Counted from the first letter of the stretch, positions 9,993 through 21,012 are shown. The stretch: 64,000 bases of DNA from an uncultured Thermoanaerobaculia bacterium (GCA_964552395.1 CAZKGM010000001.1:72408-136407); one strand, 5' to 3'. The notes: a model not told the origin generated them from the letters alone. Made by a program: numbers and translations.

Positions 9993-10021
9993 TTGACAAA
10001 TCTAGGCTCAGGTCCTAAGCT
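9993..10021 (+). promoter_or_regulatory. Candidate sigma-70-type promoter of dnaK (TTGACA-17-TAAGCT) overlapping a HAIR-like element
   Basis: TTGACA at 9993-9998, 17-nt spacer, TAAGCT at 10016-10021. CTTGACA-N7-GCTCAGG (9992-10012) matches 10 of 14 positions of the HspR HAIR consensus CTTGAGT-N7-ACTCAAG. Confidence 0.5.
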
Positions 10022-10056
10022 TTTCTCTGGTAGAGAAAGTTGAGGAGGCGTCTATC

Positions 10057-11982
<1,926 letters not shown>

Positions 11983-12165
11983 ACCTACGAGCCGGGAGGA
12001 CCGCAGGCGGATCCCCAACAGATTCGGCTGGCGAGCTCAGAGAGCGCCGGGAATCGTGGCGTCGTGTATGTCCCAACTTGGTTCTGGCGGAGAATGGGGG
12101 CTCCGGAGCCCGTGGTAGAGTGAAAGAGCAGGAGGGTTAGCGTTGTTTACCGGTCTGGGGGTGCC

Positions 12166-12618
12166 ATGACGCTGGCGTGGCCGGTGCTCAAGGAGCTGTT
12201 GGCATTGAGAGAACGCCTCAACGAGCTTTTCGACGAGGCTCTTGTCGACAAGACTCTAGGTGTGGGTGAACCGACGAGCGGGCCGTTCTGCCCGGCGGGA
12301 GATCTCTACGAGACGGACGAAGAGATCGTTGTCATTCTAGAAATCCCCGGAGTCGAAGGCAGTTCGGTCGATCTGCAGCTGAACGGTGACCGGCTCCGGG
12401 TGGCCGGCCACATCGGGGGTCCGGAGGATGGCGATGAGGGGACCTACGTTCGTATGGAACGCCCCAGAGGGGCCTTCTTCCGTGACTTTCAGCTGCCGCC
12501 TACGGAGCTGTCCGGCTCGCCCAGCGCGGAGCTGGAGCGCGGAGTGCTGACTGTTCGGCTCCCCAAGGCCGGCGAGGTCCGTCGCCGGCGAGTCGCCGTT
12601 ACAGGGGGCGGCCAGTGA
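12166..12618 (+). CDS. Hsp20/alpha-crystallin family small heat-shock protein
   Basis: Alpha-crystallin domain pattern: PAGDLYETDEEIVVILEIPGV ... FFRDFQLP ... A.LERGVLTVRLPK. Confidence 0.9.
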   Translation: MTLAWPVLKELLALRERLNELFDEALVDKTLGVGEPTSGPFCPAGDLYETDEEIVVILEIPGVEGSSVDLQLNGDRLRVAGHIGGPEDGDEGTYVRMERPRGAFFRDFQLPPTELSGSPSAELERGVLTVRLPKAGEVRRRRVAVTGGGQ

Positions 12619-12989
12619 GCAGCAAACCAAGGTACCGCATGATCTCGTGGGTTGCGGAGACCTACGATGTCCATCCGCAGACCTTGCGGCTATGGGAACG
12701 GGAGGGGTTGCTGCGTCCTCAACGGTCGAAAGGCAACACTCGCCTATATGACGAGGAGACCTGCAGACGCCTCGAGACGATTCTCGCACTGACCCGTGAT
12801 TTGGGTGTCAACTTGGCGGGAGTGGAGATCGTGCTCAACCTCCGGCAACAGATCGAGAGGCTCCAACAGGAAGTGGAGATTCTAACTCGGATCCTCCGGG
12901 AGAAGCTGGAGCAGGAGCGTGGCGTTCCCAGGTACCATGCGCTGGTCAAGGTGCAGACCGGCACCATCCAGCCGACAGACGGCGAATGA
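12615..12989 (+). CDS. hspR: MerR-family heat-shock repressor (HspR-like)
   Basis: MerR HTH (ISWVAETYDVHPQTLRLWEREGLLRPQRSKGNTRLYD) followed by a coiled coil. 4-nt overlap with hsp20. Context with dnaK. Confidence 0.8.
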   Translation: MSSKPRYRMISWVAETYDVHPQTLRLWEREGLLRPQRSKGNTRLYDEETCRRLETILALTRDLGVNLAGVEIVLNLRQQIERLQQEVEILTRILREKLEQERGVPRYHALVKVQTGTIQPTDGE

Positions 12990-13849
12990 CCTCCCGCAGC
13001 TCCGGGCATGACTCTGAGGCGGCGACGCTACGTCGCTACCTGAAGGAGATTTCCCGCTATCCGCCACTGACCCACGACGAAGAGGTGGCGCTCGCGGGGC
13101 GGATCCGCGACGGCGACGAGGAGGCACTGCGCTGCCTGGTGGAGTCGAACCTCCGCTTCGTGGTTGCCTACTCCAAGAGATACCGTAATCCCAATGTACC
13201 GTTCCTCGACCTCATCCACGAAGGCAATCTCGGTCTCATTCAGGCAGCCAAGAAGTACGATCCCTTTAAGGAAGGCCAGGACGTCAAGTTCATCACCTAC
13301 GCCGTGTGGTGGATTCGCCAAGCGATTCTGCATGCCTTGGCGGAGCACGCCGGTTCCTTTCGTTTGCCGCAGAAGCAGGCTAACACCCTCTACCGTCTGG
13401 AGCGAGTTCGGGGGGCGGTTACCGAGCAGCTCGGACGGGCACCGACCGATGAGGAGCTGGCCGAGGAGCTGGGGATCTCGCTGGATGACGTCCGGCTGCT
13501 GTCGCGCGCTGCACAGGCATCGCTGTCGCTGAACGACCCTGTCGACAGTGAAGGTGACTCCGAGCTCGGAGACCTCCTCGAGCAGACGGTGCTGCCGGAC
13601 ACCGACGAGCGCATCCTCCATGACTCCTTCCTGAGGGCCCTGCAGGATGCTCTCTCCGACCTTCCCGAGCGCGAGCGCCGTGTGCTCGAGCTCAGGTTCG
13701 GGTTCGAAGACGATCAGCCGCGGACGTTGCGAGAGATCGGTGAGCTCCTGCAGCTATCCCGAGAGCGTGTTCGTCAGATCGAGAGCCGCGCCCTGAACCA
13801 GCTGCGCCGCAGCCACAAGACCAACGCCCTGGTCGGCTACCTGAACTAA
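12986..13849 (+). CDS. RNA polymerase sigma factor, sigma-70 (RpoD/SigA-like group 2/3, no region 1.1)
   Basis: Regions 2-4 are present: LIHEGNLGLIQAAKKYD, FITYAVWWIRQAI, LPERERRVLELRFG, LSRERVRQIESRAL. 4-nt overlap with hspR. Confidence 0.9.
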   Translation: MTSRSSGHDSEAATLRRYLKEISRYPPLTHDEEVALAGRIRDGDEEALRCLVESNLRFVVAYSKRYRNPNVPFLDLIHEGNLGLIQAAKKYDPFKEGQDVKFITYAVWWIRQAILHALAEHAGSFRLPQKQANTLYRLERVRGAVTEQLGRAPTDEELAEELGISLDDVRLLSRAAQASLSLNDPVDSEGDSELGDLLEQTVLPDTDERILHDSFLRALQDALSDLPERERRVLELRFGFEDDQPRTLREIGELLQLSRERVRQIESRALNQLRRSHKTNALVGYLN

Positions 13850-13911
13850 CCACCATCGTACTCACGGCCCGAGGAATACACGCGCGCGTGTGTACGTGCC
13901 CAGAGGCGAGA

Positions 13912-16308
13912 TCATCCGTCGTCGAAGAATCGACGTACAGCAACCTCGGGATCCTCAAGGAGGAGCTCCGAGGTGTCCTCGCCGACCCACTCCTGGGGCA
14001 GCAGACGGGCGTATTGCGGCTGCAGAAAACGGCGTCCTATCAGGACAATCACACCGCGGTCATCCGCGGACCGGATGAGCCGGCCCGCCGCCTGCACAAC
14101 TCGAGTCATTCCCGGGATCAAGTAGGCGTACTCGAAGCCGTGCTCGTAGTGCTCCCGGTAGTAGTCACGAAGGAGCTCGCGGTCGCTGTTGAACTGGGGA
14201 AGACCCGGTGACACCACAATGACCTCAGACAGCATCTCGCCCGGGTAGTCGACGCCCTCGGCGAAGATGCCCCCGAGCACCGCCAGAACGAGGTGTGGCT
14301 CACCGTTGCCGAGGGCGGTCAGGATATTGTGCTGGTCGCTGTCGGTCGCCCCAGGCAGTTGCCGGAGAATGCGGTGAGACATCGACGGCAGCCTGTCAGC
14401 GATGTGGTCGAGGAAGGCATAGCTGGGGAAGAGGGCAAGAGCGTTGCGGCCGGGCGGTGCGAGGCGGGCAATCCAGGCGGCGATGGGGTCGTAGCTCGTG
14501 GTGCGGCGGCGGTAGGTGGTGTCGACGGTGTTGATGATGGTCACCAACCGGTTCTCAGACGGGAACGGCGACGGCACGCGGAGCGTGTCGGTCCGCTCGC
14601 GATCGAAGCCGAGCATGTCGCTGAAGAACTCGAACGGCTCGAGGGTCGCCGAGAGAGCTACGGCGCCTGCACTGGAGTCGATCACCCGGCCCACAAAGCG
14701 TGAGGCATCGCGACAGAGAATCCGGAGCGAGACATGCTCACGCTCCCGTCTCGAGACGATATGCACGAGCTCCTCACCGTCGTCCGAAAGGACCCGATGA
14801 AAACGGGTCAGGGTCAGGAAGAGCTGCTGGACCGGATCGCTGGCCAGCCACATCTCGTTTTCCCGCTTGTACATCCAGTAGGCGAGCATGGCGGCATCGA
14901 AGCGCATCCGGAGCTCACCGATCTCCTCGGTCGGAAGCTCGACGATAGCTTCCCGGCCCGGCGGCTCCAGCTCGGAAGAGTCGAGAACGGTCCGAATCAG
15001 CTCGTCCACGTCGCGGATCAGGGCCTCAAGGGCGTCGAACACCTCGTTCTGCCGGCCGGCGACAAAGGCGAGGGCCACAGCTGTCTCCGCTGTGCCAATC
15101 TCGGGAGAGTAGTACTCTCGACTCCGGTCGACCAGATTGTGGGCCTCGTCGATGACGAGCAGAGCGTTGGACAGGGCACCCTGCCGGAGGACGGCATCGA
15201 GGCCAATAGCGGGGTCGAAGACGTAGTTGTAGTCGCAGATCACCAGGTCGGTCTCGTCGAGCAGGTCCAGGGTGACTTCGAAAGGGCAGACCGATGTCGC
15301 AACGGCGCTGGCGTAGATCTCATCGGGGTCGAGGTGACTGCGCTGGGCGAGAAGCTGGGGGATCAGCGCCGAACGGACCAGCTTCAGCCCATACTCCTCG
15401 GCGTAGGGGCAAAACTCCTCGTGGCAGATCATCTCGACGTGGGCGCACATCTTGCTCTTCGCCCGCAGTTGCAGGCTACGGACGCCCTCGGTGCTCATTG
15501 CCCGCACCGTCGAGACCGCTATACGTTGTTGAAGCGTCTTGGCGGTCAGGTAGATGACCCGCTGCCCGCGCTCCAGTGCGGTCCGCAGTGCCGGGAAGAG
15601 AACGGCCGCGGTCTTGCCACAGCCGGTCGGAGCGCTGAGCAGCAGATGGCGGTCGGAGTGGAGGCTCTCCTCTACCGCCGCCATGATCTTCTGCTGCACC
15701 GGTCGTGCCTCAGGGTGAGGGAAGACCAGCTTGCGGGCTGCCTCGCGAGCAATCTCGATACGATCCTGTCGGTGTTTCTCGACGGCGAGAAGGCGCCGGA
15801 CCCGTTGCCTTACCCAGCTGTCGACGGCACGCCGGCTCCACATCACGGACTCGGAGCGCTCATCGCCGGTGGCAATGTCGACCAGGATCAGCCGTGCTTG
15901 CGCCAGTCGTTCGGGCGGCGAGAGGAGGGAGGCATAGAGGCTGACCTGACGGCGGAAGCGGTCCAGGCGTTCCTGGTGGTACAGGTTGTTCAAGTCGACT
16001 GCGAAATGGAGGGTTTTGATCTCGTCGACCCGCGTTATTGCGCCGTCACACTCGACGACGCCGTCGGCCCGCCCGGAGATCGAGACCGTCCAGCCGTCGA
16101 CGGCCAGTGTGCCGCTGACCCTGACCTCCGAGCGGTACCCGGGTTCTGCGGCGAGCTGTGCCGCCTGGACACGGCGGTGCAACTCCTGGCCGATCCATAG
16201 CCGTGAAAGACCGGTGCCACCGAGGCCGATCGCCCTTCTCCCGGGTTCCTCGACGAGCTCTCCCACGGAGACGGTCATCAGCTTCTGGTCGGCGTCGATC
16301 TCTGCCAT
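13912..16308 (-). CDS. ATP-dependent DNA helicase, XPD/DinG (Rad3) family, with N-terminal PD-(D/E)XK nuclease-like domain
   Basis: Walker A SAPTGCGKT and DEAH box (VIDEAHNL). Cys cluster between them (MCAHVEMICHEEFCPY...VCPFEV). C-terminal helicase motifs (GGIFAEGVDYPG, QAAGRLIR). N-terminal GRADGVV...VDEIKT nuclease motif. Start is taken at the ATG at 16308; the ORF remains open to 16428. Confidence 0.85.
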   Translation of the reverse strand: MAEIDADQKLMTVSVGELVEEPGRRAIGLGGTGLSRLWIGQELHRRVQAAQLAAEPGYRSEVRVSGTLAVDGWTVSISGRADGVVECDGAITRVDEIKTLHFAVDLNNLYHQERLDRFRRQVSLYASLLSPPERLAQARLILVDIATGDERSESVMWSRRAVDSWVRQRVRRLLAVEKHRQDRIEIAREAARKLVFPHPEARPVQQKIMAAVEESLHSDRHLLLSAPTGCGKTAAVLFPALRTALERGQRVIYLTAKTLQQRIAVSTVRAMSTEGVRSLQLRAKSKMCAHVEMICHEEFCPYAEEYGLKLVRSALIPQLLAQRSHLDPDEIYASAVATSVCPFEVTLDLLDETDLVICDYNYVFDPAIGLDAVLRQGALSNALLVIDEAHNLVDRSREYYSPEIGTAETAVALAFVAGRQNEVFDALEALIRDVDELIRTVLDSSELEPPGREAIVELPTEEIGELRMRFDAAMLAYWMYKRENEMWLASDPVQQLFLTLTRFHRVLSDDGEELVHIVSRREREHVSLRILCRDASRFVGRVIDSSAGAVALSATLEPFEFFSDMLGFDRERTDTLRVPSPFPSENRLVTIINTVDTTYRRRTTSYDPIAAWIARLAPPGRNALALFPSYAFLDHIADRLPSMSHRILRQLPGATDSDQHNILTALGNGEPHLVLAVLGGIFAEGVDYPGEMLSEVIVVSPGLPQFNSDRELLRDYYREHYEHGFEYAYLIPGMTRVVQAAGRLIRSADDRGVIVLIGRRFLQPQYARLLPQEWVGEDTSELLLEDPEVAVRRFFDDG

Positions 16309-16343
16309 GTCAGACGGATTGTACTGGTACAATCGCCTCCATA

Positions 16344-17126
16344 GTGGCACGTTCCAAGGCTTCTGGGCGGCAGCAACGATCGAAGACGGCGACGAAGAGG
16401 AAGGGCCGCAACTCGAGGTGGCCTGCATGGGCCGCAGTCGCCATTCTACTGGCGCTCATCGTCGCCGTGCCCGTGTACCGGTGGTCGTGGGCGAGGGAGG
16501 AGCGCAACTCTCTTGGCTATGGACTCAGGGTGCTCCGCCAGCAAGGGTGCGTGGCCTGCCACCTCACTCCTCAGGGAGAATTCCGTTGGCGCGCTGACGG
16601 CTCGCCGCCATCGTCGGTGGAGGTGATCCGCGATGCCGTTGTCAACGGCCGTCGGGCAACGACAGGGTTCCCCGTGAAAATGCCCGCCTACGGCAGCCGC
16701 CTGTCGGTCGAAGAATGGCAGGCTGCCGCAGTTGCCGTGGCAGCTCTTTCTGGGCTTGCCGGTATTCCTGAAGATCCCGAGCTTGCCGCCGGGCACGACG
16801 TGGCGGTGCAGATGGGGTGCTTCGGCTGTCACGGGCCGCTGGGTGCCGGAGGAGTCCCCAACCCGGGCAGCCTTGCCGGAGCCGTGCCGGGCTGGTACGG
16901 GAGAGCGTTCCGCCGTGCGACAGAAAACCAGGGAGGGCTCGAGCGACTTCTCCGCGAAGGCGGGCACCAGCAACGCTTTCCGTTTCCGGGGCTGCCGGGA
17001 TCGCTCCTGCGGATGCCGGCGTATGGTGACTCACTCGACTCGACCGAGAGCTCGCTGCTTGCCCGCTACGTGGAGTGGCTCAATGCCCACCCTCCGGCCT
17101 ACCAGCATGACTCGGACCGCTCATGA
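16344..17126 (+). CDS. Membrane-anchored dihaem c-type cytochrome
   Basis: Two CxxCH motifs (CVACH, CFGCH) after a TM/signal anchor (WAAVAILLALIVAV). GTG at 16344 is the only plausible start before the anchor, so the start is uncertain. Confidence 0.65.
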   Translation: MARSKASGRQQRSKTATKRKGRNSRWPAWAAVAILLALIVAVPVYRWSWAREERNSLGYGLRVLRQQGCVACHLTPQGEFRWRADGSPPSSVEVIRDAVVNGRRATTGFPVKMPAYGSRLSVEEWQAAAVAVAALSGLAGIPEDPELAAGHDVAVQMGCFGCHGPLGAGGVPNPGSLAGAVPGWYGRAFRRATENQGGLERLLREGGHQQRFPFPGLPGSLLRMPAYGDSLDSTESSLLARYVEWLNAHPPAYQHDSDRS

Positions 17127-17196
17127 GTTATCGTGGCGGCAATAGATACTTCGGCAGCCTCGTGTAACCAGCGGGCTGAGATTGCGTATCTACTCT

Positions 17197-18294
17197 ATGA
17201 TGAGGCCACGCGCTGCGGTTGTTGGCGGTTGTTTGACCCTGCTTCTGTGCCTGGGCTGCTCGTCGGCAGGTGTCACCGCGGGCCGCTCGTACCAGGCTCG
17301 GTGGCGAAAAAGCGTGCTGGCTCGAGGAGTCAATCCGACGCGGGTCGTGTACCCGTTCGAAGTGACTCCTGAGATGCTGGAGTGGGCCAGGAAGGTCGAC
17401 CCGCAGGCATCGGATAGTCTCATTCGGCTCAAGCGACTGCAGCGTGCGCTATTCGACACCGGCGAGTTCAAGTTCATCTATGACGGCAACATCACGGCGA
17501 CAGCAGCCGACGCGTTCGAGAGCCGCCGCGGCAACTGTCTGAGCTTCACGGCCCTCTTCATCGCCCTGTCGCGTGGTCTCGGCATGAGGACGTCACTGGT
17601 CACGGTGCAGCGCAAGGTGGAGGTCAGTCGCGAGGAGGACCTGGTCATCATCAGCCGACACGTCGTCGCCGGGTACTCGCTGGCGGGCAGGCTCCACCTG
17701 TACGATTTTTACGTCGCATCTGACCAACCGTACGTGCAGCGGAGGGTGATCGACGACGTGACGGCCAGCGCCTTCTACCACACCAATATCGGCAGTGTTG
17801 CCCTCAAGCAGGGAGATATCGAGGGTGCTCTGACCAACCTTGAGCTAGCGACCCAACTGGCACCGGACGTGGCAGCCGTGTGGGTCAACCTCGGCGTCGC
17901 TCGACGGCGTCTCGGAGACCTCACGGGCGCCGCGCAGGCATACGAGAAGGCTCTCCTCGCCGAGCCGGGAAATCCTTCGGCCCTGACCAACCTCGCCTAC
18001 CTGTATCGCCTACGTGGCCACGATGCCGAGGCAAAGGCGGCTCTTCAGGCGGCCTCCAAGGGGCCCTCCAGCCCATTCACTCTGATCGCCCTCGCCGGGG
18101 TCGAAGAGGTACAGGGGAACGCGACGGATGCCCGGCGTCACCTGCTGCGAGCCAAGCGCGCCTACCGCCACGTCCCAGAGGTGTGGGAGGCTCTGGCCAG
18201 ATTCGCGTCGCGGCGCGGCGACACCAAACGGGCGGAACGGTACCGGGAGAAGGCCGCAAAGCTGCGCCAGAAGGCAGCGGCCTCGAACTCGTAG
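17197..18294 (+). CDS. Lipoprotein with transglutaminase-like core and C-terminal TPR repeats
   Basis: Lipobox-like LLLCLGC. RRGNCLSFTALFIALSRGLGM matches the transglutaminase-like Cys motif. Four or more TPR-like repeats (NLGVARRRLGDLTGAAQAYEKAL ...). Confidence 0.75.
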   Translation: MMRPRAAVVGGCLTLLLCLGCSSAGVTAGRSYQARWRKSVLARGVNPTRVVYPFEVTPEMLEWARKVDPQASDSLIRLKRLQRALFDTGEFKFIYDGNITATAADAFESRRGNCLSFTALFIALSRGLGMRTSLVTVQRKVEVSREEDLVIISRHVVAGYSLAGRLHLYDFYVASDQPYVQRRVIDDVTASAFYHTNIGSVALKQGDIEGALTNLELATQLAPDVAAVWVNLGVARRRLGDLTGAAQAYEKALLAEPGNPSALTNLAYLYRLRGHDAEAKAALQAASKGPSSPFTLIALAGVEEVQGNATDARRHLLRAKRAYRHVPEVWEALARFASRRGDTKRAERYREKAAKLRQKAAASNS

Positions 18295-18503
18295 CTGCGG
18301 CTGCCTTCCAGCAATCGTGCGAAGCCTGAAGATGACGTTCCTGGAAGGCGAATGGCCGGCCATGGTGGACCGCTGGGGAAAGACCCGGAGGGCGGTGTGG
18401 GTGCGGTACAATCCGCGCCAGGCGGTGTGCGTACAGCGTCGCAGCCGCCCGGCTGGGGCGAAGTGGTCGGACGCGGTAGGTGCGCGGCCCGTCTGGAGGT
18501 TCT

Positions 18504-19748
18504 ATGCACAAGCAACTGGTAACGACCGTGGTCGGGGTGATCTTGGCTGTCGGTGTGGCCTCGGCGCAGCAGCCGACTCCAAAGCCGCACAGTCTGCTTG
18601 TCAAGCCGCACGTCACCGTTGAGCACTCGCAGCTCGACGTTGGGGAGGTTCTGGCTGGCCGGAAGGTCGTGGCGACGTTCGTATTCCACAACAGTGGACC
18701 CAAACCAGTGAAGATACTGAAGGCAGCTCCGTCTTGAGGCTGCACGGTGACCGGGCATGACCCGGTAATCCCGGCAGGTGGGTCGGGAACGCTTGTTGCG
18801 ACCATTTCAACGCACCCCAACCAACACGGGAAGATCAGAAAGTCAGTTCGTGTCGAGACCGACGACCCCGGGGCTCGGATGCTCATGCTCACGGTCACGG
18901 CGGATCTGCAGCAGCCGATCGAGGTGGAGCCGAGGATCCCGGTATCTGTGGAGGTTAAAGAAGGAGAACCGACCGAGAAGCGTCTCCTGCTTCACCGGCA
19001 GGACGGCAAGCGGCTCGAAGTGACCAAGGTGGCCAGCAGGGATCCGAACCTGGTGATGGCGACAGCGAGCGCCGTGACCCATGAGGAGAAGGTCGACGGA
19101 CTGGTCGCGAGACCGGGTGATGTTTGGCTGGACCTTTCGGTGCCGGGAACACGAGGCAGGAGCTTCGCCACAACCCAGATCTCGGTCGCGTCCACAACGC
19201 CGGACCTGCCGGTGCTCATGGTCCCGGTTTATGTTCGGATCCGTCAGCTCATCGAGGTGATTCCGCCGCAGGCACGGGTGGTCCTTCCGCCGCACGGTGA
19301 TCGACCGCTCGTGAGGCTTGTGAAGTTGCGGCACTCCGGAGGCAAGGAGTTCAAAATCCTGGCGGCGACGAGCGATCACCCAGATTTGTTCTCCGTGGGG
19401 ATCGACGGTACGAAGGCGATGTCGACCCATACTGTGCGGCTCGAAGTGAGCTCGCGAGTGGCCCAGGAGGGGCTGGACCATGCCATTCACGGGCAGGTTG
19501 AGCTTCGGACGAACCTGCCGGAGAGACCGACCATCACGATCCCGGTCGAGGTCACCCCTGTCCGTGCTGCCGCACGGCCGAGCCCCGGAATGATCCGGGG
19601 CATCCGCGGGACCCATCAGGCAACACCGGAGGAGGGCACCCATCTGCGAGGCGGACCGCCGGGAAAACCGACTCCTGTGGGCAGGCCGTCTACAGGCATC
19701 AGATCGGGCGGCGCTGTGGGTGGGAGCGACAGGCCGGAGGGGGCGTGA
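18504..19748 (+). CDS. Secreted multi-domain DUF1573 protein with one in-frame TGA (18735-18737): candidate selenoprotein, or a disrupted gene
   Basis: ORFs 18480..18737 and 18747..19748 share one frame and are separated only by the TGA. Read-through gives ...VFHNSGPKPVKILKAAPS-[TGA]-GCTVTGHDPVIPAGGSGTLVATIS..., i.e. the DUF1573 S-C-G-C-T motif with TGA at the first Cys. Signal peptide from the ATG at 18504, with a ggagg RBS. Confidence 0.55.
18750..18787 (+). promoter_or_regulatory. Two hairpins downstream of the in-frame UGA (candidate bacterial SECIS)
   Basis: ACCGGG (18750-55) / CAUGA / CCCGGU (18761-66), with the loop starting 19 nt after the UGA. CCCGGC (18770-75) / AGGUGG / GUCGGG (18782-87), with one G-U pair. 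Confidence 0.3.
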
Positions 19749-19839
19749 CGGCAGGGCGTGGCACCCGAGAGGGGGGAAAGATGTTCATCGGTGATTCTCG
19801 CCTGGTCCCGTGCCAAGGCGTCTGGACTCCAGGGGAAAC

Positions 19840-21012
19840 ATGGCCATGAGCGGGGGTCGAAACGTACCTGAGGGCGGCGGGGAGCAAGGATCCGTTGAAG
19901 GTCTGCGCGATCTTGCTGCGATTGGGGCTCCCGAGATCTTCGAGCATCTTCGGAAGGGAGTTCTGGGCCAGGATGCGGCTTTGCATTTCGTGTCCGTCGC
20001 TGTGTTCAAGCACGTGACGGGGAAGGTCCCTGGGAACATCCTGCTGATCGGCAACTCGGGCACCGGCAAGACCACAATCATGAACAATATCCAGCGCCTC
20101 TACCAAGAGGTGCCCGAGTATCGCCCATTTCGGGCGATGACCATCATCAATGCCAACTTGCTGGTTGACCCGGACCGCATGGAGTTCCGGCCAGAGCGGG
20201 TTCTGACGGCGGCGGAGCAACGAGCTCGTTCGGTCCTCGGTACGCGGCCTACGGCCGCCGAGCTGAAGACCGCCATGGAACGGGCCACGATTTGTATCGA
20301 CGAGGTGGACAAGATGGCGTCGGTGGTTGCCGGCAAGCCCAACCCGATCGGTGTCGTCCTCCAGCAGGGTCTGCTCACGCTCATGGAGGGAGAGCGGGTG
20401 GCCTACCGGACCCATGCGGTCGTCGACGGCGAGGAGCAGGCCATCACGCTCGATATCGATACGAGCCACATGATGTTCATCTGCGGTGGCGCGTTCGAGG
20501 GACTGTATGACCAGGTGTACCTGAGGGTTGTGAAACCCGGGAGCGGTGAGAAGCTCAAGTCGCACGCGATTCAGACCGCCGACGGCCAGGTACGGATCGA
20601 GACCCGGTTTGCGCTCGCAGACTTCATCAAGCCGGAGGATCTGTTCACTTACGGGATGGTGCCCCAGTTCATGGCTCGCTTCGACAATACGGTGCTTCTC
20701 AACGACCTCTCAGTCGAGGTGCTCAAGGAGATTCTGATCAGATCAGTCGACTCTCCATTCCTCCGGTCCAGGCGCTACTTCGAGGTGTTGAACATACGGC
20801 TTGAGCTCGAGGACCTGGCAGCATCGCTGATCGCCGAGCAGGCGGAGAAACACACGCGGACGGGGGCCCGCGCGTTGCGCAGCATCTTCGGGAGAATCGC
20901 CAACCGGCTCGAGTTTGATCCGTGGCGATATGAGGGGCTCGAGGAGGGGACCGACGGCACATACCGTCTCGTGATTACGGCCGATCTTGTACGCCGGCGG
21001 CTCGCCCTGTAG
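19840..21012 (+). CDS. ClpX-like AAA+ ATPase paralogue lacking zinc-binding domain, GYVG pore loop and IGF loop
   Basis: Walker A LLIGNSGTGKT, Walker B ICIDEVDK, ClpX-type MFICGGAFEGL, GMVPQFMARF and TGARALRSI. There is no N-terminal Cys cluster, no GYVG, and GSGEKLKS stands where ClpX has GSGIGFGA. Confidence 0.8.
   Translation: MAMSGGRNVPEGGGEQGSVEGLRDLAAIGAPEIFEHLRKGVLGQDAALHFVSVAVFKHVTGKVPGNILLIGNSGTGKTTIMNNIQRLYQEVPEYRPFRAMTIINANLLVDPDRMEFRPERVLTAAEQRARSVLGTRPTAAELKTAMERATICIDEVDKMASVVAGKPNPIGVVLQQGLLTLMEGERVAYRTHAVVDGEEQAITLDIDTSHMMFICGGAFEGLYDQVYLRVVKPGSGEKLKSHAIQTADGQVRIETRFALADFIKPEDLFTYGMVPQFMARFDNTVLLNDLSVEVLKEILIRSVDSPFLRSRRYFEVLNIRLELEDLAASLIAEQAEKHTRTGARALRSIFGRIANRLEFDPWRYEGLEEGTDGTYRLVITADLVRRRLAL

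Noticed and set aside
16158-16343. ATG-initiated N-terminal extension of the dihaem cytochrome c ORF
   Set aside because: The extension overlaps the divergent helicase coding region and translates to a basic, low-complexity sequence. The GTG at 16344, just before the membrane anchor, is more plausible.
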